From: a virus
DNA length: 45,509 nucleotides
Reading direction: 5' to 3' (one strand)
Virus record (IMG/VR): IMGVR_UViG_3300045988_016812
This document shows positions 7,324-16,632 of this stretch, in pieces. Within the stretch, counting starts at the first letter, position 1. Each line of letters starts with the position of its first letter. Position numbers and translations under genes: made by a program. Under the pieces are notes generated by a model, which was not told where the DNA came from, did not search any database, and worked only from the letters and a program-made list of their open reading frames with translations.

Positions 7324-8403
7324 TTATTCAAGCCAAATCTCATAAATTTCTCCGAGTATACCAGATACTGCGCTTCCACTACTTGCGCTATACAGTTGGA
7401 AATAAATGCGATCATTAAAGCTCTTTGCCGCACTTCTTAAATCGGACTCATAAACCATCTCACTATATGACAGACTAACTTTATCATTTGCCAAAAGATC
7501 AAAGTCGCTGTTTTGTTTTCCAAAAACATTCACGTAAAATCGATCATAACGTGCTGATGAGATTTTGCATCTCATTTTAAATTTAGAAAATGCGCTAAGA
7601 TTCCACTTACCATTAGTTACCAATGTTCCGCCCGTCCAAGGACTGGATCCAACTTGACTATAAACAATGGCATTTGATGCAAATGTAATTCCCCCATTGT
7701 AAGTGTATTCATCACTAACAGAAATTCCTGCGATATTGTTTCCCCTATTGTATAGATATACATGGGTAGTAGTCGCGCTAACATCTGCTTGTATTCCATC
7801 ATCAAGTCCCGTACAAAAGCTGGTGCAGGAAAAATAGTACTTTGTAAGTGGCTTCAATCCGGTAATATCGGCATAGTTATTCCCATTAGCTTGGTTCGGA
7901 TTGCTTCCAGCCCCAGTGTAAACCCTTGTTCCGCCGCTCGCCCCCGGTGTTCCGTCAGTAGACATCTGGATGCGGATACCTTCCCACGGTCCCTTTGCCG
8001 GGTTCTTCCAGCTGATGCGGATCGTGTTGTGGGAGCGAGCGGCCGCGCTAAAAGATATTGCGGACTGGGTTTCCATTGTCCCAGTGCGGAGAACACCGTC
8101 TTTCCAGTATGTTTTTCCCTTCACGACATAGCGATCTTCCGCTGTAGCTCCGCTTGTCTGGCTTGCCAGGTTCTTCGCTGATACGGAGCCGCCGGTATAA
8201 TGTCCTTCTGATAAGGTCACGGACTCACCAGCGGAAAGTGTTCTTGACAGGTTTCCACGCTCCGGCATTGTGCCGGTCAGCGCTTCATCATCGCTGTCGT
8301 TGGTGACGGCCGTCACGCCTGCGAGCACCTGATTTCGTTTTGCTGTGCAGTCATCGGATCCGGTTCCGGATCCGCCATACTGCTTTAAAAAGGCATCTGC
8401 CAT
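7324..8403 (-). CDS. FN3-domain structural / host-recognition protein (candidate tail fibre or receptor-binding protein)
   Basis: Central fibronectin-III-like segment ISWKNPAKGPWEGIRIQ...ITGLKPLTKYYFSC; beta-rich C-terminus; located between tail genes and holin. Confidence 0.5.
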   Translation of the reverse strand: MADAFLKQYGGSGTGSDDCTAKRNQVLAGVTAVTNDSDDEALTGTMPERGNLSRTLSAGESVTLSEGHYTGGSVSAKNLASQTSGATAEDRYVVKGKTYWKDGVLRTGTMETQSAISFSAAARSHNTIRISWKNPAKGPWEGIRIQMSTDGTPGASGGTRVYTGAGSNPNQANGNNYADITGLKPLTKYYFSCTSFCTGLDDGIQADVSATTTHVYLYNRGNNIAGISVSDEYTYNGGITFASNAIVYSQVGSSPWTGGTLVTNGKWNLSAFSKFKMRCKISSARYDRFYVNVFGKQNSDFDLLANDKVSLSYSEMVYESDLRSAAKSFNDRIYFQLYSASSGSAVSGILGEIYEIWLE

Positions 8404-8497
8404 TTTATTTCTCCTTTCTTATTATTATTGTCACAATTTTATTTTCTTTACGTTTATATTGGTGTAGGGTTCCATACCCCTACGACCTTTTTCTTTT

Positions 8498-8533
8498 GGC
8501 GGCACCCCGCTTTCCCCCGGTGCCGCCGTTTTT
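8498..8533. terminator. GC-rich hairpin; T-tract lies on the plus-strand side
   Basis: GGCGGCACC ... GGTGCCGCC 9-bp stem then GTTTTT on plus strand; on the minus strand it follows DUF2829 copy A without a U-tract. Confidence 0.35.
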
Positions 8534-8589
8534 GTGTCTTCCTGCCCTCGCTCAAATAACAAGTCATCTCGGTAAACTCACCGAAATGG

Positions 8590-9099
8590 TCAGTCTGCGA
8601 ATGTCCAATCCTCTGCCAGCATGTCCGCCTGTGATGCAAGCCATCCCATCTGCACCCCACTTGTGCCGATAAACGCAATGGCCTTGTTTCCGATGGCATC
8701 GTGATCACAGTTCACAATCTCTCCATCAGTCGATTTATACGAGATTGCCGTGGCCAGCTGAATATACTGTTTCTTTCCGTTCCAGCCTTTTCTGGCAACC
8801 TTAAGTCCACGTTTTAAGTATCTGATCGCATCTGAGAAAGAAAATGTTGCAATTCCACCCAGCACCGGGCAATTATGCTCGTCTGCAATCTCCCATTCAT
8901 CTGATGCCACGTTAAGCAGCGTGTATTCTACTCTCTGCGTATCGCGGATGTCGAGAAGCTCGCCATCATCAGCGTCCTCCTTTCGGCACTGCATCATTAC
9001 AGTTCCCTTTCTCGGATCCCAGTACCAGTAACCTCCCCATCCCGGGAGTTTTACTTTTTCTCCTTTTTTCATTAGTTTCAAAGCTTCTTTAAAATTCAT
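8590..9099 (-). CDS. Tandem DUF2829-like protein (Tad2-like family), copy A, 169 aa
   Basis: MNFKEALKLMKKGEKVKLPGW...DEWEIAD then FSFSDAIRYLKRGLKVARKGWNGK...GWLASQADMLAEDWTFAD. Confidence 0.6.
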   Translation of the reverse strand: MNFKEALKLMKKGEKVKLPGWGGYWYWDPRKGTVMMQCRKEDADDGELLDIRDTQRVEYTLLNVASDEWEIADEHNCPVLGGIATFSFSDAIRYLKRGLKVARKGWNGKKQYIQLATAISYKSTDGEIVNCDHDAIGNKAIAFIGTSGVQMGWLASQADMLAEDWTFAD

Positions 9100-9129
9100 A
9101 ATTTTTTCCTTTCTTTTTTGAATTAAAAT

Positions 9130-9360
9130 GTGTTATGTAAAATAACAATACGAGCCAATCGTGCAATCTTGCCATTTGGAAAAACAAATTTTGTAAGCTT
9201 TTATCACAGAGGCATTACACAGGGCTATGATTCGAGAATAGCATACGAAGGTGTTTGTGTTGCTATAAACGCCAAAAAAGGAGATACTATCATTCCATAC
9301 GTTCATACAGATAAATCAAATGTAGCATTCAATGTCAATATTGTTGCAATGCGTGTTTGA
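9130..9360 (+). CDS. Orphan opposite-strand ORF (76 aa), possibly a gene fragment
   Basis: Fills the only gap in the tail region; beta-rich sequence ...ITQGYDSRIAYEGVCVAINAKKGDTIIPYVHTDKSNVAFNVNIVAMRV; only GTG/TTG starts, no RBS, AT-rich. Confidence 0.2.
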   Translation: MLCKITIRANRAILPFGKTNFVSFYHRGITQGYDSRIAYEGVCVAINAKKGDTIIPYVHTDKSNVAFNVNIVAMRV

Positions 9361-9368
9361 TAATATAA

Positions 9369-9911
9369 TCATGATTTCTTTTTGAACAGAACTTTCACAT
9401 AAACGCCTCCGGTTCCACCATAAAAAGGCTGTAAGTATACTCTAATTTTGTCTTCAACAATGCCTTGTTGAGATAAAGCGGCTGGAGTATTTAATATATA
9501 AGTATCTACAACGTCTAATAATTCATACCCATCTGGAACTGTAAATGGGACATCACAAATATATCCTTCATTCGCCTTGACGGTAACTTGAGCATTAAAA
9601 GTCTTTGCAATGATATTCTTACTCAAATTGTTATTTACATCCGAGATAGCTCCGGAGTTCTTTGTTACCTGAGACTGTAAATCCTTGATAACATCAACGG
9701 CGGAATTGAGTGCATCCGTGACGCGTTTGATCGCCTGTTCCGGCTTATTCAGATGCTCCGCATCAATGTCCGGAGAAGAGTTGTCTACCCAAGTGGTAGG
9801 GGTGTAAGCTTCGATTTTTGCAAGAGCATCAGCAAGAGCCTGTGCGGATGCGAGGGAAACTGTATTTTCTTCTGCCTGCGTGCTGTTCTCGTTTTTCTCT
9901 AATTCTTCCAT
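9369..9911 (-). CDS. Tail-fibre-like protein (coiled N-terminal half, beta-rich C-terminal domain), 180 aa
   Basis: AAGGAGG RBS; position after tail-tip genes; helical segment ...AIKRVTDALNSAVDVIKDLQSQV. Confidence 0.4.
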   Translation of the reverse strand: MEELEKNENSTQAEENTVSLASAQALADALAKIEAYTPTTWVDNSSPDIDAEHLNKPEQAIKRVTDALNSAVDVIKDLQSQVTKNSGAISDVNNNLSKNIIAKTFNAQVTVKANEGYICDVPFTVPDGYELLDVVDTYILNTPAALSQQGIVEDKIRVYLQPFYGGTGGVYVKVLFKKKS

Positions 9912-9922
9912 GCTGTTCCTCC

Positions 9923-10363
9923 TTATGATCTGTGGATTTCTATGGGCAAGTCAAGGTTTGGCTTGTCGAAATTGCAGTATGCCGTGAGCTGTCCATCCCC
10001 GGTAACGATCCGATCCACCTTGTTCCATTCCTTCCGGCGCGCTTTTTTGCTTGCCTTAGATGTCAGATCATCGGTGCAGGAGATATCCGGGCGGTCCGTG
10101 CCCTTAAGTCCTTCAACAGTGATCGTCTGCATGTATGGTGCACTTGTGGTCCATCCTCCAGCCGTCAATGTGCCGGTACGCACATCATAGAGCCGGTTGA
10201 TCGCCATGTTTGTCGCGTTGATGTCCTCAGCCTTAAACGGGTCTCCCTCCTGCGTGTAAGTGGTCTGATCCACAAGGGAAATTGTCCCGTCCGAGTTGCT
10301 CACCTGATTGTATTTTCGGTTTCCTTCATAGATGTCATCCTTATAGTTCGTTTTTAATGGCAT
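9923..10363 (-). CDS. Tail-associated protein, 146 aa
   Basis: GGAGGT RBS; FKAEDINATNMAINRL motif that I associate with phage fibre/baseplate upper proteins; position. Confidence 0.4.
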   Translation of the reverse strand: MPLKTNYKDDIYEGNRKYNQVSNSDGTISLVDQTTYTQEGDPFKAEDINATNMAINRLYDVRTGTLTAGGWTTSAPYMQTITVEGLKGTDRPDISCTDDLTSKASKKARRKEWNKVDRIVTGDGQLTAYCNFDKPNLDLPIEIHRS

Positions 10364-10366
10364 GTC

Positions 10367-10780
10367 TTACCTCCTGTCTCCGATTGGCTTTGTTCCCAGC
10401 CGGAACGCAAGCCGCCGCGCCCCGGACATAGAGGATTGATACATTTCATAGATGTCTGCAAGAATTTGTTCGATATTGTTGGCTTCCGTAACGGACTGAT
10501 ATTCGATTCTCTGCGGCGTTGCCGGGGTCGTTGGCTTTGTGAAGTATGCCTCTCTCAGCGCCTGTATGTTTCCGCGAATCCGTTGCATATCGCTGTCGGT
10601 ACGGAAATCTCGCATTGTCCAGTCTGTTTTTGTATTGATGTCCACAAGCAGGATGTCCGCAAGATCCCGGCAGGCTGTTTCTACACGGTTAAGGTCCGTA
10701 TAAGCAATGCAGCCTTTTTCCGTGCGGTTTGTTACATCGTCCGCCGTGCGGTCTGTTATCAGAGTCTCAAAAACGCTCAT
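10367..10780 (-). CDS. Tail-associated protein, 137 aa
   Basis: Overlaps upstream gene by ATGA; position directly after the large tail-tip protein. Confidence 0.4.
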   Translation of the reverse strand: MSVFETLITDRTADDVTNRTEKGCIAYTDLNRVETACRDLADILLVDINTKTDWTMRDFRTDSDMQRIRGNIQALREAYFTKPTTPATPQRIEYQSVTEANNIEQILADIYEMYQSSMSGARRLAFRLGTKPIGDRR

Positions 10781-12984
10781 CCTATCTCTACCTCCGCTGT
10801 CATTTCTCGTGTGAATGTGAAATCCATCTTTTTAATGGCTCCGATCCGTGTCCCGTCAAAGTCTGTATCTACTGAAACAATATCCCCCAACTCTTCCTCA
10901 TTGAGTAAGACACGGCAGGAAACAGACTCGTTGCTGCCGTAATAATCGTATACACGATTAAGAACTTCATTCACATTCTGGGGGTTTACGAGTGTCGCGT
11001 CCTTCACTTCCACGAGATTCTCATTCTGTGATATGTTAGGGTTCGCTTTCTCATACAGGGTTGTCATGTGGGTGTATTTCTTGCCAGTCAGAACTACTTC
11101 GCTACCGGTTCCGGTAATGACCGCCCAGTTATCTCCGGACGCGCTGATCGCGCCGCCGGTGATTACAAGATCATAATGGGCTTCCGAGAACGTAATCTGA
11201 GCCGTCCCATTCAGAGTATCTTTATAGAGTTCCTCCGATTCCGAGGATTTCACGTAAGTGTGCGCGTATACCTTTGCACCAGTGGTGATGTCGCTGTGGT
11301 CGATCGTCAGCCCCGATAGAGTGTTGGACTTCGTAAAGTTCTGCTTCGTGGCTCTCATGCCTGGTACAAGTCCTTTTCCCGGATGGAGTCCCATATGCGG
11401 CTTTATGATGCCTGTATTCCGAGGATAGATATACAGATTGAGATCATACGCGGTGTTGACAGATGCCCCGATTGCAAAAGCAACTTGAGCGAGCGCGTCA
11501 CGCCTGCGGCAGACTGGAAGATATCCGCTTACTGTCAGATTTTCCAAGGTCTGATCAAGGAAATAATCAATCCCCTGTCCTTCGAAAATCGCCGCTATGA
11601 CGTTTTTGACTGGCTCATTATTGTATATGCCGCCCATAAAGTCTGTCGTGTCTAAAAGCCCCACAGCATCCTCAGTATTAACCTCGTAGTCCGTTTTGCT
11701 TACACGCTTCCCGGATTTCAAATAGAAAATTCCGATAATATTTTCATCAAAATATAATTTCATTTGCTGGCGGCGCTGGAAGTTGAATGCAATGTTCGAC
11801 TTGCTCCGGATCGTGAAGCTTAATGTGTTGATACTAAGCTCTTCGCTGATCGGGCTCATTTCAATAAAACAATCTACATTCTTCGCTTCGTCATCCAAGA
11901 ATGTACGCCCAAGCCCATACTGGATATCCGATAAAAATACCGGTCTGAACGGTCTTGATGTCTTTTCAAAGGCGATCGTGATCCTATTGTAATACTCCTC
12001 TGGATGATAGCAGAAATACTCATACCCGTCTGGATGGAACGTCTCAGAGGATAATGTCTCGCCGTCACGATACCATGTGATGGCAAGTTGAGAGCAATAG
12101 TCTCCGGAATGATCATTGAACACCAGAGAGATGCCCTGACTGCTGTATTTATCTGAAAATGTCGCGGTCAGTGTAGGCAACTCATATTCGCTGCTTGGAT
12201 ACAGTCCGGGATGCGGAACTAAACCAGCCGTGGGGCGGATGGTTCCGTGCGGGAAATTCCCGTTCTCATCTGATACCAGCCGGGATATATATCCGACTTC
12301 CGGGAAAACATCATAGTTCTTATATCCCTCATTCAGCAGGGAATACCCCTGATAGTTCAGTGCCACATCAGGGAAGGAATATTTCTTTTTCAGATTGCCC
12401 AGCCGCCCACCATCATTCACACTGTACTCCGCGTTTTCTTTCGCTCCGAGGGCGATATCGCCATATACGATCTTGAGTCCTCCAGCGTCCACAAGCCTGT
12501 AGTTTGTGATCTTCGAAATCCAAATATGGCGGTACGGCCGCGAAGTGTGAAGAAACGTGATTTCCACCTCGTTATGGAGCTTTACAGATGCTTCGCAAAA
12601 ATACACACTTGATGTCGGCGAAAAATCCATGCTTTCCACAAGAGCACCGCTTTTATACCACTTAATATTAACTTTGTCCGCATAGTCTCCGGAAATATCG
12701 TTAAAATTCAGCGTGATTCCTCTGGAAGTCTTGAGTCTATCAAAATGAATTTGAAGAATAGGAGGATCTGCAAAGTCTCCGTTCCCGTCTGATATCTGGC
12801 TACTGGTATACCCACTTTTCCCCTCCGGGATCCTGTCCGGAGCGTTTTTGTAGCTGCCATTCAGAAGGGAATAGCCCGGAAGGAGATAGGCATACCCAGG
12901 AATCGGATTTTCCTGATTTGTGAGCTCACTTGTGGAGGAATAATACTCTTCCCCATTCGCTGATATTGACACATCCCACTTCAT
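10777..12984 (-). CDS. Large tail-tip / baseplate protein (Tal-like), 735 aa, with two internal N-terminal repeats
   Basis: Follows TMP and Dit-like gene; residues ~40-160 and ~215-345 are paralogous (LLNGSYKN...ITLNFNDISGDYADKVNIKWY vs LLNEGYKN...ISLVFNDHSGDYCSQLAITWY). Confidence 0.6.
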   Translation of the reverse strand: MKWDVSISANGEEYYSSTSELTNQENPIPGYAYLLPGYSLLNGSYKNAPDRIPEGKSGYTSSQISDGNGDFADPPILQIHFDRLKTSRGITLNFNDISGDYADKVNIKWYKSGALVESMDFSPTSSVYFCEASVKLHNEVEITFLHTSRPYRHIWISKITNYRLVDAGGLKIVYGDIALGAKENAEYSVNDGGRLGNLKKKYSFPDVALNYQGYSLLNEGYKNYDVFPEVGYISRLVSDENGNFPHGTIRPTAGLVPHPGLYPSSEYELPTLTATFSDKYSSQGISLVFNDHSGDYCSQLAITWYRDGETLSSETFHPDGYEYFCYHPEEYYNRITIAFEKTSRPFRPVFLSDIQYGLGRTFLDDEAKNVDCFIEMSPISEELSINTLSFTIRSKSNIAFNFQRRQQMKLYFDENIIGIFYLKSGKRVSKTDYEVNTEDAVGLLDTTDFMGGIYNNEPVKNVIAAIFEGQGIDYFLDQTLENLTVSGYLPVCRRRDALAQVAFAIGASVNTAYDLNLYIYPRNTGIIKPHMGLHPGKGLVPGMRATKQNFTKSNTLSGLTIDHSDITTGAKVYAHTYVKSSESEELYKDTLNGTAQITFSEAHYDLVITGGAISASGDNWAVITGTGSEVVLTGKKYTHMTTLYEKANPNISQNENLVEVKDATLVNPQNVNEVLNRVYDYYGSNESVSCRVLLNEEELGDIVSVDTDFDGTRIGAIKKMDFTFTREMTAEVEIG

Positions 12985-12985
12985 G

Positions 12986-13384
12986 TTATCTCCTTCTCTG
13001 CGGTTCCATCGCTACAAAGTTGAGCTTAAGATTATCATCATAGCCCCACAAATTAACGCCCTCTCTGCGGATCATGGTGTCGTTTGCTTCTGTGATGTAT
13101 GCCTTAAATGATAATGTTTCCTGTCCGTACGGGAACACCAGATCATGGCTATCTACTGGAGCACTTACCACATCATACAGTCTGTCGTAATCCTGATGCT
13201 TTCCTTCTTTTGCGGCTACTTCAAGCGTGTAATTGTAGTATGTTCCGATGATGTCCCGATGCATTACTCCGTCAAGTGTGCGCCCGGAGTTGTCCGTGTC
13301 CGTCACCTTTGCATTTCTTGAGAGTTTCATGACATTGACATCATATTCCACCCCATCCACTGTAAACACTGCAAAATGGTTCAT
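12986..13384 (-). CDS. Short distal-tail-protein-like component, 132 aa
   Basis: Immediately downstream of TMP (4-nt overlap), beta-rich; assignment by position. Confidence 0.4.
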   Translation of the reverse strand: MNHFAVFTVDGVEYDVNVMKLSRNAKVTDTDNSGRTLDGVMHRDIIGTYYNYTLEVAAKEGKHQDYDRLYDVVSAPVDSHDLVFPYGQETLSFKAYITEANDTMIRREGVNLWGYDDNLKLNFVAMEPQRRR

Positions 13385-16065
13385 CGGCTTCCTCCTGTTA
13401 CAAGTCTCACGCTTCCGCGGTTGTTTTCTGCATCAATTACGGGTTTCAGTACGCGCCCAAGCTGCGCAAGGTTGCCCTCGAAGCGGATCACGACTTGCTG
13501 GCTTCCGCCCACTCCGCTCTCTGCAAGTGCTTCCATAAGTGCCTGTTTCATTGTGCTGAGTGGAGAAACAACCTCGGTTTCCTGTTTGTTATCGCCCAGG
13601 ATCGCCGCAAACTCACCCGCGCGTGGCGGCACCACCGTACCGGATGCCAGACGCGGCAAATGTACCTTGCTTACGGTCGGAATGTCCAGTCCGAAGGATT
13701 CTCCGCCGATTCCCGGCACCCAGTCAGGAATATCAAAGCTCAGATTGTTAAGTGCGCTGATCATCCTATTCAGCGCATTGATGACACCGTTCACCATCGA
13801 CTCCACACCGCCGAGGATTGTGTTGATGACGGATTTCATCGCGCCCCAGATGCCATTCCATATTGTGCTGGTCTCCGATTTTAACGTGTTCCATGCGGCT
13901 ACAATACAGTCTTTGATCGCCGTGAATTTTGCCGTTGCGCTGTTCCGAATCTCCTCCCACTTCGTTCCAAGTGTGCTGTTGATAGATCCCCATGCGCTCT
14001 CAGTGCTGGTTTTCGTCTCGTTCCAACGCGTTGATACAGTTTCCTTGATCGCCTGAAACTTCTCGCTGGCGGATGTTTTGACCGCTGTCCATGTGCTTTC
14101 AAGCCCGCTCTTAATGCTGCTCCATTTCTCCTGTGTCTTCTGCTTAGTCTCGTCCCACTTAGCGATGATCTTATCCTTGATCTCTGCGAATTTCGCAATA
14201 ACGGAGGAAATGAAATTGCTGATTCCGTCACGGAGTCCTTCCATGAGGTACTGTCCCATTTCCATCATGACGGTGGAAGGGCTGTGGATTCCGAATGCAG
14301 ACTTGAAGCCATTGATAAACGGTTTGAAAATGTTGTTCACAATCCATGATCCGACATTTCGGAGTGCGTTTATGATTCCGTTCCAGAGTCCCTGCACGAT
14401 ATCTCCGCCGGACGCTTCAATGTATCCGGAGAAATACGAAACTACACTGTCCCACGCATTTGCGAGTACATCCCCGAGTCCCTTCAGGAGATCTATTCCG
14501 GATGCAATCGCTGTTCCGATCAGCTCTCCGACCGAACTAAAGACGCTTGCATAGTCGAATCCCTTAAGAAATCCCCCGATTGCATTGATGAGCCCCATAG
14601 GAATTGCGCGCCAGTCAACGCCCTGGAACAGTCCTGTAATGAGCTGCACAAGTCCGGAAACGAAATGAGAAACTACACTTCCGAGTGTGCTCCAGCTAAA
14701 CGTAGAGAAGAATCCTGTAAGTCCGGCAGTGATCGCCGTTCCGATTCCTTTCCAGTTAGTTGTGGAAAGAAACTGATCCAGTTTTCCCATCGCAAAGTTT
14801 ACGCCGGTTCCGATCTGCGTACCGATGTAGTTTCCGACTCCCTTCCAGTCTTCTGCGGCGATCAGCTTTTTGATAGTGTCCGCCATGTTTTTGATGGAGG
14901 AGCTGATCTGTTCAGTCGTAAACATGTCTTGTGGGGACGTGCTACTGCCTCCACCGCCGGATCCGGAATCCTTGCTTTTCGATCCAATCTGTTCGATCGT
15001 ATCAAACGAGGCAAGGCTTTTTTCTGCCTGCTTCGCTGCTGATCCTGTTTTTTTCAACGAGGACGCATAATTCTCCTGCACCTTTGTGGCTTTCACGAAT
15101 GTGTTCTTGCCGGTCAGTGCCGAGAAAAATTGTGCCACTGCATTGGCGGCTGTAGTCAAAAGGCTGATGAGTGTATTCAGTGCCGGAGCGATCATCGTAA
15201 GGATCGGGGCGAATGCTGTGGCAAGTGCGTTTTTGAGCTGTGTCAGTGAGGACATCAGCCCGGATACTGTGTTGTTTGTGTCCCCCGAATACTGGACGAG
15301 GTTTTTCATCCCTTCGCCCACAGCGCTCCGGAGGCGATTGAAGAGGGCAAACAGGGACCGGATACCGAATGCATAGCTCAACATTTTCTTGAAGCTCATG
15401 CCAGCTTTGTCGATTCCTTTTTGCAAGCCTCCGCTGGATTTTGTTGCTTTTTTTGCTTTATCTTCGTAATCTTTTACACTTGCCTTCAGGGAATCAAACG
15501 ATGTGCGCACTCGATTGTTGGTATCCTCAAGTGCTGCCTGCGCTGCGACGTACTGCGCTACAACTTTCTGTCCTGACTCTGTATCAGCTCCAGACATATA
15601 TGCTCCGCCAGAGGATTCCAACGCTGTTTTTGCCTTCTGCGCTTCTTCGAGTTTCTCACGCAGCATGTCGATATCGTATTCCATTCCTTTAAAAGCCCGG
15701 CTATTCTGCTTTCCTCCGGTCTCCACGAATCTGATTTCGCGCTCGATCGCTGCATCAAGCTTTTTGTTTACGGAGTCAATTTCCTTGTTAAGATCGGTGT
15801 ATTCCTGTGTAGGAATCTTTTCTTCCTTAAGAGCATCTACCTTTTCCTTGAGGGTTTCTACCTTTCGTGTCTGTTCTGCATACTGGCTGTTGAGCTTAGC
15901 GAATGCGTTTGCCTGCTTCTGCAGTGCCGCTTTCGCCTTGTCTCCGATTCCAGAGACAGACTCCGCCATGCGGCGTGCGGCGGTTTCCATTTCCTTCGTT
16001 CCAGCTACAAATCCCTCATCTGTGATTGTTGTGTCAATTACTATGGTTCCGTCAGCCTGTCCCAT
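13381..16065 (-). CDS. Tape measure protein, 894 aa
   Basis: Longest ORF; coiled-coil N-terminus, Gly/Ala/Ser-rich hydrophobic middle, repeated W..[IT]K/W..TK segments; preceded by chaperone genes. Confidence 0.85.
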   Translation of the reverse strand: MGQADGTIVIDTTITDEGFVAGTKEMETAARRMAESVSGIGDKAKAALQKQANAFAKLNSQYAEQTRKVETLKEKVDALKEEKIPTQEYTDLNKEIDSVNKKLDAAIEREIRFVETGGKQNSRAFKGMEYDIDMLREKLEEAQKAKTALESSGGAYMSGADTESGQKVVAQYVAAQAALEDTNNRVRTSFDSLKASVKDYEDKAKKATKSSGGLQKGIDKAGMSFKKMLSYAFGIRSLFALFNRLRSAVGEGMKNLVQYSGDTNNTVSGLMSSLTQLKNALATAFAPILTMIAPALNTLISLLTTAANAVAQFFSALTGKNTFVKATKVQENYASSLKKTGSAAKQAEKSLASFDTIEQIGSKSKDSGSGGGGSSTSPQDMFTTEQISSSIKNMADTIKKLIAAEDWKGVGNYIGTQIGTGVNFAMGKLDQFLSTTNWKGIGTAITAGLTGFFSTFSWSTLGSVVSHFVSGLVQLITGLFQGVDWRAIPMGLINAIGGFLKGFDYASVFSSVGELIGTAIASGIDLLKGLGDVLANAWDSVVSYFSGYIEASGGDIVQGLWNGIINALRNVGSWIVNNIFKPFINGFKSAFGIHSPSTVMMEMGQYLMEGLRDGISNFISSVIAKFAEIKDKIIAKWDETKQKTQEKWSSIKSGLESTWTAVKTSASEKFQAIKETVSTRWNETKTSTESAWGSINSTLGTKWEEIRNSATAKFTAIKDCIVAAWNTLKSETSTIWNGIWGAMKSVINTILGGVESMVNGVINALNRMISALNNLSFDIPDWVPGIGGESFGLDIPTVSKVHLPRLASGTVVPPRAGEFAAILGDNKQETEVVSPLSTMKQALMEALAESGVGGSQQVVIRFEGNLAQLGRVLKPVIDAENNRGSVRLVTGGSR

Positions 16066-16077
16066 TAAATCATCCCC

Positions 16078-16632
16078 TTACAGCCATTTTTCGAGTGCTT
16101 CCATCTCTTTTTTCTGTTCATCAGTCAAAATCTTTTTGATGCCTACAATTTCAGCATTCTCTCGCTCAAATTCCCGTTCCCACTTCTCCAGCTTCTTGTG
16201 CTTTGCTTTCTTCTGTCGGATCGCCAACACTTGAGAAAACAGCCCGTCACCGATCTCCATGAAGTAGCTGAGGAACGTCCACCAGTGCAAAAATGATGCG
16301 GCGCGGACTTCGGTCCCGGCTACTTTGTTCACGGCTGGGACGATGATCCTGCCGTCCTGATTCCAGTTGATCAGTCTGGGGCTGTTCTTCTTCCCTTCCG
16401 TTCCGCAATCGATGAATTCTACAGCTTTCTTGCAGGCTTCCTCTCGCGACTCTCTTGGGATCTTGTCGAAGTCCTTATACAGGATTTCAAGCATGATTTC
16501 CTGCTTCTCGCCATCCGTCCAATTAGGATCCTCGCAAGCCTCCAAAATTCCAATAATGGAACGGAAGTCTGCATTGATTGCATATTCCGCCCCATTGATT
16601 TCTACAGAAGTGGGTAGTGTATACCCGTTCAT
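16078..16632 (-). CDS. Phage Gp15-family tail assembly protein
   Basis: LPTSVEINGAEYAINADFRSIIGILEACEDP... matches my memory of the Bacteriophage Gp15 family; position before TMP. Confidence 0.6.
   Translation of the reverse strand: MNGYTLPTSVEINGAEYAINADFRSIIGILEACEDPNWTDGEKQEIMLEILYKDFDKIPRESREEACKKAVEFIDCGTEGKKNSPRLINWNQDGRIIVPAVNKVAGTEVRAASFLHWWTFLSYFMEIGDGLFSQVLAIRQKKAKHKKLEKWEREFERENAEIVGIKKILTDEQKKEMEALEKWL

Noticed and set aside
9135-9640. Inverted repeat ATGTAAAATAACAAT (9135-9149) versus ATTGTTATTTACAT (9627-9640). It suggested an invertible segment that could swap the C-terminus of the fibre-like gene 9369..9911 for the opposite-strand ORF 9130..9360 (Mu G-segment style), possibly driven by the second recombinase.
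   Set aside because: The repeat is short, AT-rich and has a 1-nt indel. I worked through the frames. Crossing over before the indel gives an immediate TAA. Crossing over after it reads the alternative segment in a different frame from the long ORF and stops after about 30 codons. No in-frame switch results, and no invertase is adjacent. At most this is a decayed relic.
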